Below are positions 9,355 through 20,479 of a stretch of 64,000 bases of DNA, piece after piece. The notes under the pieces were generated by a model. The model saw nothing but the letters and a program-made list of their open reading frames with translations. It did no database searches and was not told where the DNA came from. Within the stretch, counting starts at the first letter, position 1, and each line of letters begins with the position of its first letter. The stretch comes from a virus. The position numbers and the translations under genes are program-made. Location: positions 21,260-85,259 of the IMG/VR virus record IMGVR_UViG_3300036893_000049. One strand, written 5' to 3'.

Positions 9355-10893
9355 ATGGCTGAGATTACAATTACGGGGGTGAATCTAAGCACGACCCTTC
9401 AAAACCTGTTGATGGCCGATGATATCGTCCCCGGCGCGGAACCGTCGTATCAACTTTGTCAAGAAATTTACGTTTCGCATCCGCTAGGAAAAAAATTGTG
9501 CGACACTCCAATCGCGCTGGCGCAGTCGCAACCTCGCGAAATCGCGATCCCAGGTGCGCCGGAACGGGTCAAAGAACAATTCCTGAAACAATGGAAGTCG
9601 GATGGATGCGACGGCCATATCTTTAATGTCGGTTCGGCATCCCGCCGTCTCGGTGTTGCTGCGATTGGTATCCTGATACGGGGCGTTGAGCCAATGGCTC
9701 CCCTCGATCTCGAAAAGATCGCGAATGCCGAGATTTCATTTAATATGTGGGATGCCCTCAATCTGGCGGGATCGCAGGTTCTCGACCTCGATCCGAACTC
9801 GATGGACTTCCTCAAGCCGACCAAAGTATCGGCGGCCGGGACGCCGTATCATCGCAGCCGTGCCATTGTGCTGATGCACGAAAAACCGCTGTATCTGAAA
9901 TATAGCAATCCGGCTTATGGGTTCACGGGCCGTTCGGTTTACCAGCGAGCCTTGTTTCCGCTGAAATCGTTTGTTCTGACGATGGTCACGGATGCGATGG
10001 TTGCCCGCAAGGCCGGGCTTTTGATCGCGGCGATGAAACAGGCCGGGTCCGTCATCAGTCAGGCGATGCAAAAACTGTTTAGTGTTAAGCGCGGGATGCT
10101 GGAAGACGGCGCTACGAACAATGTGCTTGGCATCGGGGCTGAAGACCGCATTGAGTCTCTGAACCTACAGAACGTCAACGGCGCGATGAGCGAGTCCCGT
10201 AAGAATATTCTCGATAACATCGCGACCGCCGCCGATATGCCAGCTATTATGCTGAACCAGGAGACTTTCGCGGAAGGGTTCGGCGAAGGCATCGAGGACG
10301 CCAAGTCGGTTGCCCGTTATGTCGGTGGCGTCCGCGCCGAACTCGAACCAATCTATTCCTGGTTCGATACCATCATCATGCACCGGGCCTGGACGAAGGA
10401 ATTCTTCAAGACGTTGCAGGCGGAAGAAGAAAATTCCCCTGACGTGGAACCGGTTTATTCCGGTATGGAGTATCGCGAAGCATTTTATCAATGGAAGAAC
10501 GCTTTCTCCGCGATCTGGCCGTCTCTGATCGAGGAGCCGGAATCGGAGGCCGTCATGGTCGAGGATGTGAAAATCAAGGGTGTGATCGCCACTGTCCAGG
10601 TCTTCGATCCCTTGATGCCGGATCAACACAACAAGGCGGAACTGATCGAGTGGGCGCAGGACAATCTGAATTCCAGCGAGACATTGTTCAGGACGCCTCT
10701 TAATATCAGCCTCGATCTGATCGCGGATTATGAACCGCCGGTGCCGATTGCCATACCCGGCGAAGACGAAGGGGAAGGCAAAGAACCGCCGGAACCAAGA
10801 CCCTTCAGCCGCCAGGACGCGGATGCGCGTGTCGCGGGATGGCTGGCCGCGGTGCCGGTGTTGGGAAAGAAGAGAGGCCGTGCCGCCGCTTGA
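9355..10893 (+). CDS. portal protein (DUF1073-like)
   Basis: 512 aa after TerL; YHRSRAIV, YGFTGRSVYQRAL, IATAADMPA motifs. Confidence 0.85.
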   Translation: MAEITITGVNLSTTLQNLLMADDIVPGAEPSYQLCQEIYVSHPLGKKLCDTPIALAQSQPREIAIPGAPERVKEQFLKQWKSDGCDGHIFNVGSASRRLGVAAIGILIRGVEPMAPLDLEKIANAEISFNMWDALNLAGSQVLDLDPNSMDFLKPTKVSAAGTPYHRSRAIVLMHEKPLYLKYSNPAYGFTGRSVYQRALFPLKSFVLTMVTDAMVARKAGLLIAAMKQAGSVISQAMQKLFSVKRGMLEDGATNNVLGIGAEDRIESLNLQNVNGAMSESRKNILDNIATAADMPAIMLNQETFAEGFGEGIEDAKSVARYVGGVRAELEPIYSWFDTIIMHRAWTKEFFKTLQAEEENSPDVEPVYSGMEYREAFYQWKNAFSAIWPSLIEEPESEAVMVEDVKIKGVIATVQVFDPLMPDQHNKAELIEWAQDNLNSSETLFRTPLNISLDLIADYEPPVPIAIPGEDEGEGKEPPEPRPFSRQDADARVAGWLAAVPVLGKKRGRAAA

Positions 10894-11728
10894 CGGCGGG
10901 TTCGGTCCCGCGACAGGCTTCTATGCGGTTTTGACCGCGGCCATCAACAGTCTGATGGAAACGGGATACGACTCGCCGGAGCAGATCGCGGCATGGGTTG
11001 CTCAGATCAGACGGGCCGCCTTGCTCAATATGATCCCGGAGAGCGTGCTACAAAAATCGCTCAACGACACCATGCGGGCGATCTATCGAAACAAAATTGA
11101 ACGAGGCGGCATTCTCACTCAACACCCAGGCATCGCACGATTCACGCTGGAACGGGTCGAGCCGAAGCTGAGAGCGGAACTTGATCGCCGCATCGTTGCC
11201 TCGGCCAATCTGATCCGGCTCAACCGGCAAGAGGCCATTGAAACGACATTACGGCGGTTTTCCGGGTGGTCCACCTCGATCCCCGCTGGCGGCATAAGCG
11301 AAACGAGCCGCCGCGCGACGAAGGAAAAAATCCGTAAGCCGCTGGCTTCGTTACCGTTTGAGGAACGTCGCGTAGCGGTAGATCAAGGCCACAAGTTCGT
11401 TGCGAACCTGTCGGAAATTCTCGCCGCTAACGGTGGGGCAATCGCGGTCAAATGGAATTCGCACTGGCGGCAGCAAAATTATGACTATCGCGAAGACCAC
11501 AAAGAGCGGGATGGAAAGATATATCTCTTGCGCGGAAATTGGGCGAAGGAAAAGGGCCTCGTGAAACCTGGGTCGGCTGGGTATTATGAGGACATTACAT
11601 CGTTCGGCCAGGAAGTTTTTTGCCGGTGTTTTGGGACCTATATCCATTCGCTTCGGCGGCTTCCCGAAGATATGCTGACCGAGAAGGGTCAAGAGGCCGT
11701 TGCCAACAGAATTAATATGGCGGCCTAG
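10880..11728 (+). CDS. Mu gpF-like head morphogenesis protein
   Basis: W-x-S-H, YREDHKERDGKIY, GQEVFCRC. Confidence 0.85.
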   Translation: MPPLDGGFGPATGFYAVLTAAINSLMETGYDSPEQIAAWVAQIRRAALLNMIPESVLQKSLNDTMRAIYRNKIERGGILTQHPGIARFTLERVEPKLRAELDRRIVASANLIRLNRQEAIETTLRRFSGWSTSIPAGGISETSRRATKEKIRKPLASLPFEERRVAVDQGHKFVANLSEILAANGGAIAVKWNSHWRQQNYDYREDHKERDGKIYLLRGNWAKEKGLVKPGSAGYYEDITSFGQEVFCRCFGTYIHSLRRLPEDMLTEKGQEAVANRINMAA

Positions 11729-11737
11729 GAGAACACC

Positions 11738-13807
11738 ATGCCGCTGAAATCGGGATCGTCTCAGAAAACGATTTCAGAAAACATCGCCGAAATGATCCGC
11801 GCCGGTCACGATCCGAAACAGGCAGAGGCAGCCGCGTACCGCATGGCGCGGGGGGATGCCGATTCAACTATCGGTGCCGCGGGCATCATGTTTCTGACGG
11901 CTGGCGGCGAGACGTTACTGTTGAAGCGCGGCCCTGGCGGAGATTTCCCTGGCGCGTGGTGCTTCCCTGGCGGAACATCCGAGGGCGATGAAACCGCGGA
12001 ACAAACCGCCGAACGCGAAACGATTGAGGAACTTGGCTTTCTGCCGGAAGGCGAGCGGATGCTTCTGACACGTCAGATGCGCGCCGATCTGCCGCATGAT
12101 CCTGGCGTTGTGGATGCGCTGAACCCCGTCGATTACACGACATTCCTCCAACGGGTGCCGGAACGATTTGAACCGAAACTGAACGGGGAACATACCGGAT
12201 TCGCGTGGTGCAAACCATCCGAACCGCCGCAACCCCTTCATCCCGGTTGCCGACTCGCGCTCGAACGCCTTGGAATGAACGAACTGGATATCGCCCGCGG
12301 CATGGCCGCCGGTGAATTGACCAGCCCGCAACGGTATTACAACGTTTGGCTTTTCGATATCAGGATTTCTGGCACCGGTTATGCTCATCGGGGCGCCGTC
12401 AAGAACAAAGACGGAAAGGTGATTCGAGAGGCCGAACATGCGTGGCGGCGGCCTGAGAACTATCTGACAGAAGACTATCTCGCTCGCACGAACGGATTGC
12501 CCGTCATCTGGGTCCATCCGAAAGACTCCATGCTCAACAGCAAGGAATTCAGAAACCGGATAATCGGAACCTGTTTCCTTCCGTATATTCGAGACGAATC
12601 TGTCTGGTCCATAGTTAAAATATGGGACCAGGAGTCCGCCGCCGATATGGCGACGATGGATTTGTCAACATCGCCCGGCGTTGTGTTGAGCGGAGACGAT
12701 GATATCCGCGTGAGACTTCCCGATGGTTCGCCGTTGTTGATTGAAGGCGATCCGACCATAAACGATCACATTGCCATAGTTCCTCAGGGAGTCTGGGACC
12801 TCGGCGGCCCACCGTCTGGAATTCGAACCGACAGCGTAAAGGAAAGCACCATGCCGCAAGAGACCGAAGAAGAGAAGGCCGCCCGCGAGACGCGAGAGGC
12901 GAAAGACGCCGCGCGCGATGCCAAGATGGACAAGATCATGGATGCGCTCGCATCCATGGCGGATAATTTCGGCAGGCGTTTGGACGCGGCCGAAACGCGC
13001 GACACCAAGCGTGACGCGGATGAGGCGAAGGCGCGAGCCGATGCGGAGGCCGCCGAAGAAGAGCGGAAGAAGGCCGATGCCGCACACCGCCTTGACGCGA
13101 AGGGCCGCCGCGATGCCGAGCGCGAAGCCTGGATGAAGGCCGATGCTGGCGTGTGCGCCGATGAGGACGCCCAGGAGGCCATGGAACTCGATGCCATGGT
13201 CAAGGATGGCGCCGATCCCGACGAGGCCGCCGACAAGGCTCGCAAGGACCGCCGCGACAGGATGGACAAGCGCCGCAAGGACGCCGCGTCCGAGGAAGAA
13301 AGGAAGATCGCGGACAAAGCCCGCGCGGATAGCGTGGCGACTCTTGACGCCGCCGCTGTCGCCAAGATTGTCGCGGACACGCTGGCGAAGCAGAACCGGT
13401 CGGAGGCGGATACCACGACGCTCAGCCTTGAGCAGGCCCGCGCCGATGCCGTTTTCACCGCGTTTGGAAGCGGCGCGGCCCGGCGTCCGATGTCCGGTGA
13501 AACTCCGGCGGACTATCAGATCGCCATGGCGCGCGAATTCCAGAAGCACTCAAAGCGCTGGAAGGACACCAACCTTGGCCTTCTGGACAGTTCGACGCGT
13601 GGCGTCGTGATCGCGGACATCTATAACGATGCCATCGCGGCATCGAAAAACACCGACGATCTTGAGCCGGGCCAACTGGTCTACATCACCCGTTCCGGCG
13701 AGGGTGGACACCAGATCACCGAGGCCCGCGGCAACGGCACCTTTATCCATGGGCTGAAGCGAGATTCGATGCGGGTCACGAAATTCATGACCGAACGGAG
13801 GGCTTAA
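11738..13807 (+). CDS. DUF2213-like head maturation protease/scaffold with N-terminal NUDIX domain
   Basis: NUDIX box GGTSEGDETAEQTAERETIEELG; protease motifs WVHP, STSPGV, DHIAIVPQGVWD; charged scaffold tail. Confidence 0.85.
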   Translation: MPLKSGSSQKTISENIAEMIRAGHDPKQAEAAAYRMARGDADSTIGAAGIMFLTAGGETLLLKRGPGGDFPGAWCFPGGTSEGDETAEQTAERETIEELGFLPEGERMLLTRQMRADLPHDPGVVDALNPVDYTTFLQRVPERFEPKLNGEHTGFAWCKPSEPPQPLHPGCRLALERLGMNELDIARGMAAGELTSPQRYYNVWLFDIRISGTGYAHRGAVKNKDGKVIREAEHAWRRPENYLTEDYLARTNGLPVIWVHPKDSMLNSKEFRNRIIGTCFLPYIRDESVWSIVKIWDQESAADMATMDLSTSPGVVLSGDDDIRVRLPDGSPLLIEGDPTINDHIAIVPQGVWDLGGPPSGIRTDSVKESTMPQETEEEKAARETREAKDAARDAKMDKIMDALASMADNFGRRLDAAETRDTKRDADEAKARADAEAAEEERKKADAAHRLDAKGRRDAEREAWMKADAGVCADEDAQEAMELDAMVKDGADPDEAADKARKDRRDRMDKRRKDAASEEERKIADKARADSVATLDAAAVAKIVADTLAKQNRSEADTTTLSLEQARADAVFTAFGSGAARRPMSGETPADYQIAMAREFQKHSKRWKDTNLGLLDSSTRGVVIADIYNDAIAASKNTDDLEPGQLVYITRSGEGGHQITEARGNGTFIHGLKRDSMRVTKFMTERRA

Positions 13808-13810
13808 CCA

Positions 13811-14710
13811 ATGGTCGCGACCATATCAAACAATCCCTATGCTACCACGAATGGCTTTGGTGGTTTCAATATCGAAAGCACCGGTTTTTGGCAGGGCATG
13901 TCGGTCGATGAACCCGATCTCCGGAATCGCCTCGCTGGCGGGTATCTGTCCAATGCCGAGACGATTCCGATGTGGGGCGGCGTTATGATCAGCGAAGCCA
14001 TCCCCGGCGGGTCGGGAACGCCAAACACCGCATTAGGCGGCCTGATTACGCGCGCTACGACACTGACCGCCACATCGACCAACGGCTATACGGGTTTTTC
14101 GGTCTTCGATCAAAACTTCGCGATGGTCAGCAGCCCGTCGAGTCGAGTCCCATTGATCGGGTCCGGGGGGCAGGTGAACTTCTACCGGAAGGGATCGGGC
14201 AAGCGAATCATCGTCGCGATGGACCCGTCCCTGGTCAGTATCGATGGCAGCATCATCACCTCTCAGGTCTCGTGGGACTTCAACAACTCGCTATTGACGG
14301 CATACGATGCCTCAACGGCGACCTATTCGTTGACCTCGATCACATCGACTTATGCGGCCGGCGTTTATACGATGGTCGTGGTTGCCGCCGCCGCCACGCC
14401 GGTTGGCGGAATTGGCGACTCAATCAACGTGAGTGGCGTGACCGGCACCGGGGCTTCTCTGGTCAACGGCGATCAGGTTGTGACCGCGTTCACCGATAAC
14501 GAGCATTTCACTTTCCAGGTGTTGGCCGGTTCCGGCGCGATCGCCACGGGCGCATTGTCCGGGACCCTGGTGCTGAACTACGGGACCGGCGCGCTGCCCG
14601 TGCAGGTGCTGGAAACTCAGGCCGGAAACAGCGGCACCGTCCAATACAACGCGGTGACCAACTCAGCATCGTGGAATCAATCCGGCGCCGTCGCCATGAT
14701 TTTGATATAA
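13811..14710 (+). CDS. head decoration/structural protein
   Basis: Between scaffold and capsid genes; PMWGG and VSWDF motifs. Confidence 0.7.
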   Translation: MVATISNNPYATTNGFGGFNIESTGFWQGMSVDEPDLRNRLAGGYLSNAETIPMWGGVMISEAIPGGSGTPNTALGGLITRATTLTATSTNGYTGFSVFDQNFAMVSSPSSRVPLIGSGGQVNFYRKGSGKRIIVAMDPSLVSIDGSIITSQVSWDFNNSLLTAYDASTATYSLTSITSTYAAGVYTMVVVAAAATPVGGIGDSINVSGVTGTGASLVNGDQVVTAFTDNEHFTFQVLAGSGAIATGALSGTLVLNYGTGALPVQVLETQAGNSGTVQYNAVTNSASWNQSGAVAMILI

Positions 14711-14725
14711 CAGGGAGCCCAGAAC

Positions 14726-15742
14726 ATGCTTATCGCCCCCGCTCAACAAATGATTCATCCGTCATATGTCATGCCGGAAATCGTGCTGCCTTACAGTCAG
14801 GCATCGGGTGCGTTCGACGCGCTTCCGACCGGCGAACCGTTGGTGAGGCTTGGTGAAGACGATCTCGCCGTCTATATGCGCCAGATCGCCGTGCGAACGA
14901 AACTCGCCGCCGGGCAGGCCACTTTCAATTCTCTGCCATCGGCGGACGTGATCGTTTGGCAGATGAGCACCCCGGCTTACCGGTTGCGGTCGCAGTCGAT
15001 CTTCGACCATCACGAAAGCGCCGCCGCCGGACGCAACGGTTTCTCGTTGAGTGAGGCATATCGTCTCGCCAATCAGCAGGGCTTCGCGCAGCTTGCTCGT
15101 GTCGGCTTGCTCTATGGGTTCAACCCCGCCAACGGCGAAGGCATCATAAACGCGGCGAATATCACCACGCTCAATTTGCCCGCGGACAGTTTCAGCAATA
15201 CGACTGTGACGACCTATGATAACGGTCAGATGGCATTCTTTCTGATGAACCAGGTGCTGGGGATCAAATCCCGGACCAACCAACTCGGAATGGGTCGCAA
15301 ATTTGTCTTTATCGGGCCTCAGCGGACACTCGGATCATTCGAGTACAACGTGGTCCAACTCGTGCAGTATCAGCGCCCCGGCGCCGGCACGGCATCCACG
15401 GTCGAGACGGTGCGAAACGTTCTGATGTCGAACGGCGACGAGGTGATCTGGGCCTATGATGATACTCTGATCGGCAAGGGCGCCGGAGGCACCGATGCCG
15501 TTGTCATTGTCATGCCCGAGGTCGAACGGCCGAAGCGCGGTGCGTGGAATACCAACAAATTCGCGGAATTGCAGCCGGGCCAGGAGGCGATGCTTCTGCA
15601 AATCTGCGACATGGCGGCGCCGCGCGAAATCACCGTTCCGCTGGCATTGGGCGCGATCAGCACGCTCTATGAACTGTCGACAACTTCGGGTTGGGCATTC
15701 CGTCCGGAGGGCGTTACGGTTGTTTCAATGCCGTACCCGTAA
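14726..15742 (+). CDS. major capsid protein (DUF2184-like)
   Basis: 338 aa, synteny, TTSGWAFRPE C-terminus. Confidence 0.8.
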   Translation: MLIAPAQQMIHPSYVMPEIVLPYSQASGAFDALPTGEPLVRLGEDDLAVYMRQIAVRTKLAAGQATFNSLPSADVIVWQMSTPAYRLRSQSIFDHHESAAAGRNGFSLSEAYRLANQQGFAQLARVGLLYGFNPANGEGIINAANITTLNLPADSFSNTTVTTYDNGQMAFFLMNQVLGIKSRTNQLGMGRKFVFIGPQRTLGSFEYNVVQLVQYQRPGAGTASTVETVRNVLMSNGDEVIWAYDDTLIGKGAGGTDAVVIVMPEVERPKRGAWNTNKFAELQPGQEAMLLQICDMAAPREITVPLALGAISTLYELSTTSGWAFRPEGVTVVSMPYP

Positions 15743-15780
15743 TAAACCCTTAACATCCGCACCATGCCTTAGGAATTCCA

Positions 15781-16326
15781 ATGAAGCTGTTCATAGGCAA
15801 CCCCACGACTCAAAATCACGTCTTCCTCTACCGTCTCGCTGAAAATGCCAAGATCGTTGAGCGGCCAATTCCGGCCGGTAAGCAGATCGACATCGAATGC
15901 GACACGCGCGACGAGATTGACAGCATCATCAAACAACACGCCAGATACGGTTTGATCGATGCGAATGAAGTAACCCGAATCCGCAAATTCCATGGCCTTT
16001 GTTACGCGCTCGACAAGCCGATACCGGCCGACAAGCTGAACTATTTTCGGGAACACAACACCGGCGAACTGATTGAGCAGGGCCGCGAGTTGCGCCAGAT
16101 CGCCGCCATCGCGGGAAACGATCTCATGGAGACCGCGTTGCTGGAAAACGATCGGCACGAACGCGTCGACCGCTTCGATCTCTATATCCAGGAAGATCGG
16201 CAGGGTGATAGCCCCTTTCCGCAACTGTCGGATCAGATCACGGTGACGAAGAACCCTGATAAGGTGGGGCCGATTTCCGATCCGGTTGCGACACGCACCA
16301 AGTCAGGACGACGCAGGGCCGCGTGA
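15781..16326 (+). CDS. head-associated protein
   Basis: Synteny; MKLFIGNPTTQ. Confidence 0.6.
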   Translation: MKLFIGNPTTQNHVFLYRLAENAKIVERPIPAGKQIDIECDTRDEIDSIIKQHARYGLIDANEVTRIRKFHGLCYALDKPIPADKLNYFREHNTGELIEQGRELRQIAAIAGNDLMETALLENDRHERVDRFDLYIQEDRQGDSPFPQLSDQITVTKNPDKVGPISDPVATRTKSGRRRAA

Positions 16327-16504
16327 GCATGTCAGAGACGATTGAGGACATGCTCACGCTAACCGATGCGCGGCGGCTTCTGGGACGCGCCAGGGCCGTT
16401 CTGCGGACGGTGGCGGAGTGGGATCGGGACGAACCGCAATCGGCCATGACGCTTGTCGTGGCGGCGCATTTACATCGCGATATCGTCAACGCATTGTCGC
16501 CAAA

Positions 16505-16975
16505 ATGAGCAGCACACTCGGTCCAACGCTCGCCGGGTTCACGACGTTCGTTTACAACGTTATGCAGATAGACCCGCTCAATTTGCCTACGGATTCGGCT
16601 ATAATCGAGTATGCGTTCGATAACGCCATGACGATAGTCAATCAGGCTCTGTGTGTTGTCTGTGGACCGCCGAATGGGCAATGGTCGTACTATGCCATCG
16701 CGGTTTATAATCTTGGCGGGTCGAATATTATCAATTTCGCTCAGGATCAGACCGGTCGGACATATTTCGCCGATCTTCGCGCGCTGTATGGGATCGGGAA
16801 ATTTCCGGCTGGTGTGGTTGCCGGAACGTCTGATGCCGGATCATCGACCTCGCTTCTCAACCCGGAGTTCATGAAGACGCTCACGATGCGCGACCTCCGG
16901 ACGCTCAAGGACCCCTGGGGGCGGGCTTATATGGAGGCGGCGATGGACTACGGGGAAATCTGGGGACTCACGTGA
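16505..16975 (+). CDS. head-tail adaptor (DUF4054-like)
   Basis: Synteny; DPWGRAYM. Confidence 0.65.
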   Translation: MSSTLGPTLAGFTTFVYNVMQIDPLNLPTDSAIIEYAFDNAMTIVNQALCVVCGPPNGQWSYYAIAVYNLGGSNIINFAQDQTGRTYFADLRALYGIGKFPAGVVAGTSDAGSSTSLLNPEFMKTLTMRDLRTLKDPWGRAYMEAAMDYGEIWGLT

Positions 16976-17481
16976 AGCTCATCCTCGGCGTGTACGACGT
17001 ACCGTATTCCGATGCATCGTATAATCCAGTTCGCGCCTCGAAGAATCCGAAATATCGTCGCGGCCGGGCGAGGCGCCCCACCGCTGACGTGGCGGCTTCG
17101 AATCATAAAACCACGGGCGATGTCGCGGTCATCCTTGAGGATGAATACCACATCATGGAGACGTTTTTCGAACTCCATGAGGACATGATTGGCGACATGC
17201 TTTGTCAATCCATGAGCGATACGCTGGATGAACTGGCGGATGGTGCGCCGGGCGATTTGAGCCTTACCGCGGCTGCCACCAGCAAGATCGAAGAGACCTT
17301 TAAGCGGTGGTTGTCAGAACGCGGCATGGACGCGACCGCGACTGCTGGCGTGCCAACCAAGGCCGCGATGATGGGAGTTTCGCATCGGTTTCTGCATCCT
17401 TATGCGAAGCGGCCGAGCCGCCCGAGTTTTATAGACACAGGTCTCTACGAAGCCAGTTTTGTTGCCTGGACTGAGATATAA
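16972..17481 (+). CDS. neck/tail completion protein
   Basis: RPSFIDTGLY C-terminus; coupled to neighbours. Confidence 0.65.
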   Translation: MKLILGVYDVPYSDASYNPVRASKNPKYRRGRARRPTADVAASNHKTTGDVAVILEDEYHIMETFFELHEDMIGDMLCQSMSDTLDELADGAPGDLSLTAAATSKIEETFKRWLSERGMDATATAGVPTKAAMMGVSHRFLHPYAKRPSRPSFIDTGLYEASFVAWTEI

Positions 17482-18407
17482 TGTCTTACGCGATCCCCCA
17501 GGACACGTTAAACCCCACGCTCGATACTGGCCTGGAACAACTCTCCGGCTACGCACAAATTCCGTTCACGCAATATATCCGGCGCGTGCTTCCCCTGGAT
17601 GGATACGTGTTCTGGCAGGCGACGCAACAGACCACATTCCCGGGCTCGCTTCATTACGATGCCCGTGCGGTGCAAAACGACGACGAATCATTTTCGATCA
17701 ACCGGGTTATCCTGACGACAAGTTCGCCGATTCAGCCATTCGAGAAAATCGGTCCTAACGAAATGTGGATTGGCATCTGGGACGGCATGAAGTTCGCGTT
17801 TTCCTCTCGCGGATATTTTTATCCCAACGCCGGGCTTTTCCACTACGCGGGCGATGCAGTTTATCCGATCATGGAATCGCAACTTATCGATATCGGCGCC
17901 GGGCCGTCCGATGATACTCTGATCGTATCCAACAGCCTCCCGGCATGGCTGACGCTCGTTACTTATGATCCGGTCTGGCTTGTCGCGGGGAACCCTGGGA
18001 TCACGCTTTATCCGTCATTCCTGGTGCCGGACAATCTTCGTCCTCCATACGGTTCGGTGCATATTCCGGCGGAGCAGACAAATCCGATGGCCGGGCTTCC
18101 GGTTATCGGAAACAGGGGCGCGCATTCGCAACTGGCCTGCGATGTCGTGGATGTCACGCTTTACGGCACAACGAACGCCGAGGCTCTCGCGTTTCTCGAT
18201 CTCGTCAATCAGTTCAGTCTCGATACCGACATATTTGGGATAATGGGTGCCACGGTGGCGCGCGATCCGAAACGGATACAGACAGAACTTAGCGTGATCG
18301 CGATGAAGAAAACGTTCCGATTCGAGGTTAATTACCTCCAGGAGTCCATGGTCGATACGGCGCTTCAACTGATCGAATCGGCGCCGATCACATATATCCT
18401 TCAATAA
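17481..18407 (+). CDS. head closure/tail terminator-type virion protein
   Basis: Synteny; VLPLDGYVFW. Confidence 0.6.
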   Translation: MSYAIPQDTLNPTLDTGLEQLSGYAQIPFTQYIRRVLPLDGYVFWQATQQTTFPGSLHYDARAVQNDDESFSINRVILTTSSPIQPFEKIGPNEMWIGIWDGMKFAFSSRGYFYPNAGLFHYAGDAVYPIMESQLIDIGAGPSDDTLIVSNSLPAWLTLVTYDPVWLVAGNPGITLYPSFLVPDNLRPPYGSVHIPAEQTNPMAGLPVIGNRGAHSQLACDVVDVTLYGTTNAEALAFLDLVNQFSLDTDIFGIMGATVARDPKRIQTELSVIAMKKTFRFEVNYLQESMVDTALQLIESAPITYILQ

Positions 18408-18417
18408 GGAGTCTAAA

Positions 18418-19011
18418 ATGCCTCAGAACCCTCTTGGTGTTGTTTTCGGACAGAACCCCGCTGGAGCGCTGCAACCGCTCACCACCGATGGCGATGGTGG
18501 GCTTATCGTCTCCCAGGCCGAGGCCAATACGTTCATTGGCGCCAATCCGTCCGGCGTCACGACCTCCGCTGGGCTGGCGACAACCTATGTCGGCATCTGC
18601 CTCTCCAATCCGGCGGGTAGCGGCGTCAATCTGATCTTGCGGCGTATCGCCGGGCAGTTCATCGTGGCCCCCTCCACCGTGACCGGGTTTAATCTGATCA
18701 CCGGCTATGCGGCCGGGGGTATCACGGTCCACACGACGCCTCTGACCCCGTTCAGCGGCATCATCGGCACCGGTCCTACGCCAAAAGGACTGCTGGACAG
18801 CGCCGCGACGTTGGTTGGGACGCCGGTCTACACGATGCCCCTTGGCGAGACTCTGGTCGCCACCGATCTGCCTGCTTTCAATACCGATCTTGAGGGATCG
18901 ATTGTTCTGCCGCCGGGTGCCTATGCGGCAATCGGCACGACCATCGCCGGACCCGCGAGCGGCTTCATGGGGTCGATCCAGTGGGAAGAAAAAGCTGGCG
19001 CCGTGATCTGA
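18418..19011 (+). CDS. hypothetical virion protein
   Basis: AAGGAG RBS; beta-rich sequence. Confidence 0.55.
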   Translation: MPQNPLGVVFGQNPAGALQPLTTDGDGGLIVSQAEANTFIGANPSGVTTSAGLATTYVGICLSNPAGSGVNLILRRIAGQFIVAPSTVTGFNLITGYAAGGITVHTTPLTPFSGIIGTGPTPKGLLDSAATLVGTPVYTMPLGETLVATDLPAFNTDLEGSIVLPPGAYAAIGTTIAGPASGFMGSIQWEEKAGAVI

Positions 19012-19037
19012 TCCTCTGATCATCCGGGAGGTGGAGT

Positions 19038-20468
19038 ATGACAAACGGCTATAACCCGATCGTGCAGGTAAACGTATCGGTGCAACAGGCACCGGCGCCC
19101 AGCACGTTGCAGCGGAACGTGGCGTTCATTTCGCAGGGCGCCACTAATCTGGCGGCTGGCACTTATTCTTTGTTGACCGTCGCATCGAGCCTCACGCCGC
19201 TCCTAAGTGGCGCGTTATCCCTGACCGGGATTACGCAGAGCGCGGGTACCGCGACGGCCACGGCCGCCGCGCCGCACGGCTATACCATAGGCGACCAGGT
19301 GTTTCTGATAATGACGGGCGGCACGGGGTCGTCGGTCGCCTATAATGGCGCCTTTATCTGCACCGCAACGACAACGACGCAGTTCACCTATCCGGTTCCT
19401 GGCGGAACCCCGGCGACCGGTGTCGGCACGTTCATTTATACCCCACAAGATGTTGCCGAACTTGTCGCGATGAACACGACATTTTTCGCGCAGGGTAGCG
19501 CGGCCTCGGTTTACGTTCTGGAACTCGGCATCCTTCAACCCACGTTAGGGCCGACCGAACTCCAGACCTGGATCACGGCCAACCCAGGAGTGTTCTATGC
19601 GTATCTGGTGCCGCGGTTGTGGTGCGTCCTGACCTCGTTCTATACGCTCGCCGCGAATTACACGAGCCCAACAGCGAAGACCTATTTTCACCTTACGACC
19701 ACGCTTGCCTATTGGCAGGCGAATCCTTCGAGTTTCGCGACAACGCTGAAAAGTGTTATCGCGAGCATTGAGGCGCCAGCCGTGGCTGCCGCCGCCGTCT
19801 CTGGAACGGCGACCGAGTTCAGCGCCGCCGCGTTCTTTTATTCGACAGCGAACCTCAATCCGAATGCTGGTATTCCGGTCACTCAGGCAGCCTATACTTT
19901 CCTGTATGGTGTGACGCCATACCCCGTGGCGGGAAATTCGGCATTGTTCGCATCGCTGAAAACCGCCAATATCAACTATGTCGGGACCGGAGCCGAAGGC
20001 GGTCTCGCCTCCAATCTGATTGAGTTCTACGGCAAGACGCTTGACGGAAACGACTTCAACAAGTTTTGGTTTTCCATCGATAATGTGCAGATCAATCTTG
20101 AGTTAAACACCGCGAATGCCATCATCAACGGGTCGAATAATACTCTGGCCCCCCTTAACTATAACCAGTCCGGCGTCAACACTTTGCAAGCCGTCGCGGG
20201 ACAGACCATGCAATCTGAAATTGGTCTCGGTCTTGCCCTTGGCGCGCTGGTCCTGACGCAGATGACCGCCGCGAACTTCGCCGCCGCCGTCGCCAACGGA
20301 CAATTCATCGGACAGGTCGTGGTCAATGCGGTGCCGTTCCAGTCGTATGTGACGCTGAATCCGACACAGTACCCTCTTGGGGTCTATGGCGGCCTGTATG
20401 TCGCCTATACGGTGCAACTTGGCTTCGAACAAATCATCTATAACATCACCGCTTCGACGTTCGCGTAA
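19038..20468 (+). CDS. tail sheath protein (DUF3383-like)
   Basis: 476 aa before the tube gene; NYVGTGAEGG, PLNYNQSG. Confidence 0.8.
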   Translation: MTNGYNPIVQVNVSVQQAPAPSTLQRNVAFISQGATNLAAGTYSLLTVASSLTPLLSGALSLTGITQSAGTATATAAAPHGYTIGDQVFLIMTGGTGSSVAYNGAFICTATTTTQFTYPVPGGTPATGVGTFIYTPQDVAELVAMNTTFFAQGSAASVYVLELGILQPTLGPTELQTWITANPGVFYAYLVPRLWCVLTSFYTLAANYTSPTAKTYFHLTTTLAYWQANPSSFATTLKSVIASIEAPAVAAAAVSGTATEFSAAAFFYSTANLNPNAGIPVTQAAYTFLYGVTPYPVAGNSALFASLKTANINYVGTGAEGGLASNLIEFYGKTLDGNDFNKFWFSIDNVQINLELNTANAIINGSNNTLAPLNYNQSGVNTLQAVAGQTMQSEIGLGLALGALVLTQMTAANFAAAVANGQFIGQVVVNAVPFQSYVTLNPTQYPLGVYGGLYVAYTVQLGFEQIIYNITASTFA

Positions 20469-20479
20469 GGAGCCCGAAA

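Noticed and set aside
9355-10893. Anti-CBASS (Acb1) label sometimes given to DUF1073 proteins
   Set aside because: Size and position indicate a portal, and I see no appended phosphoesterase domain.
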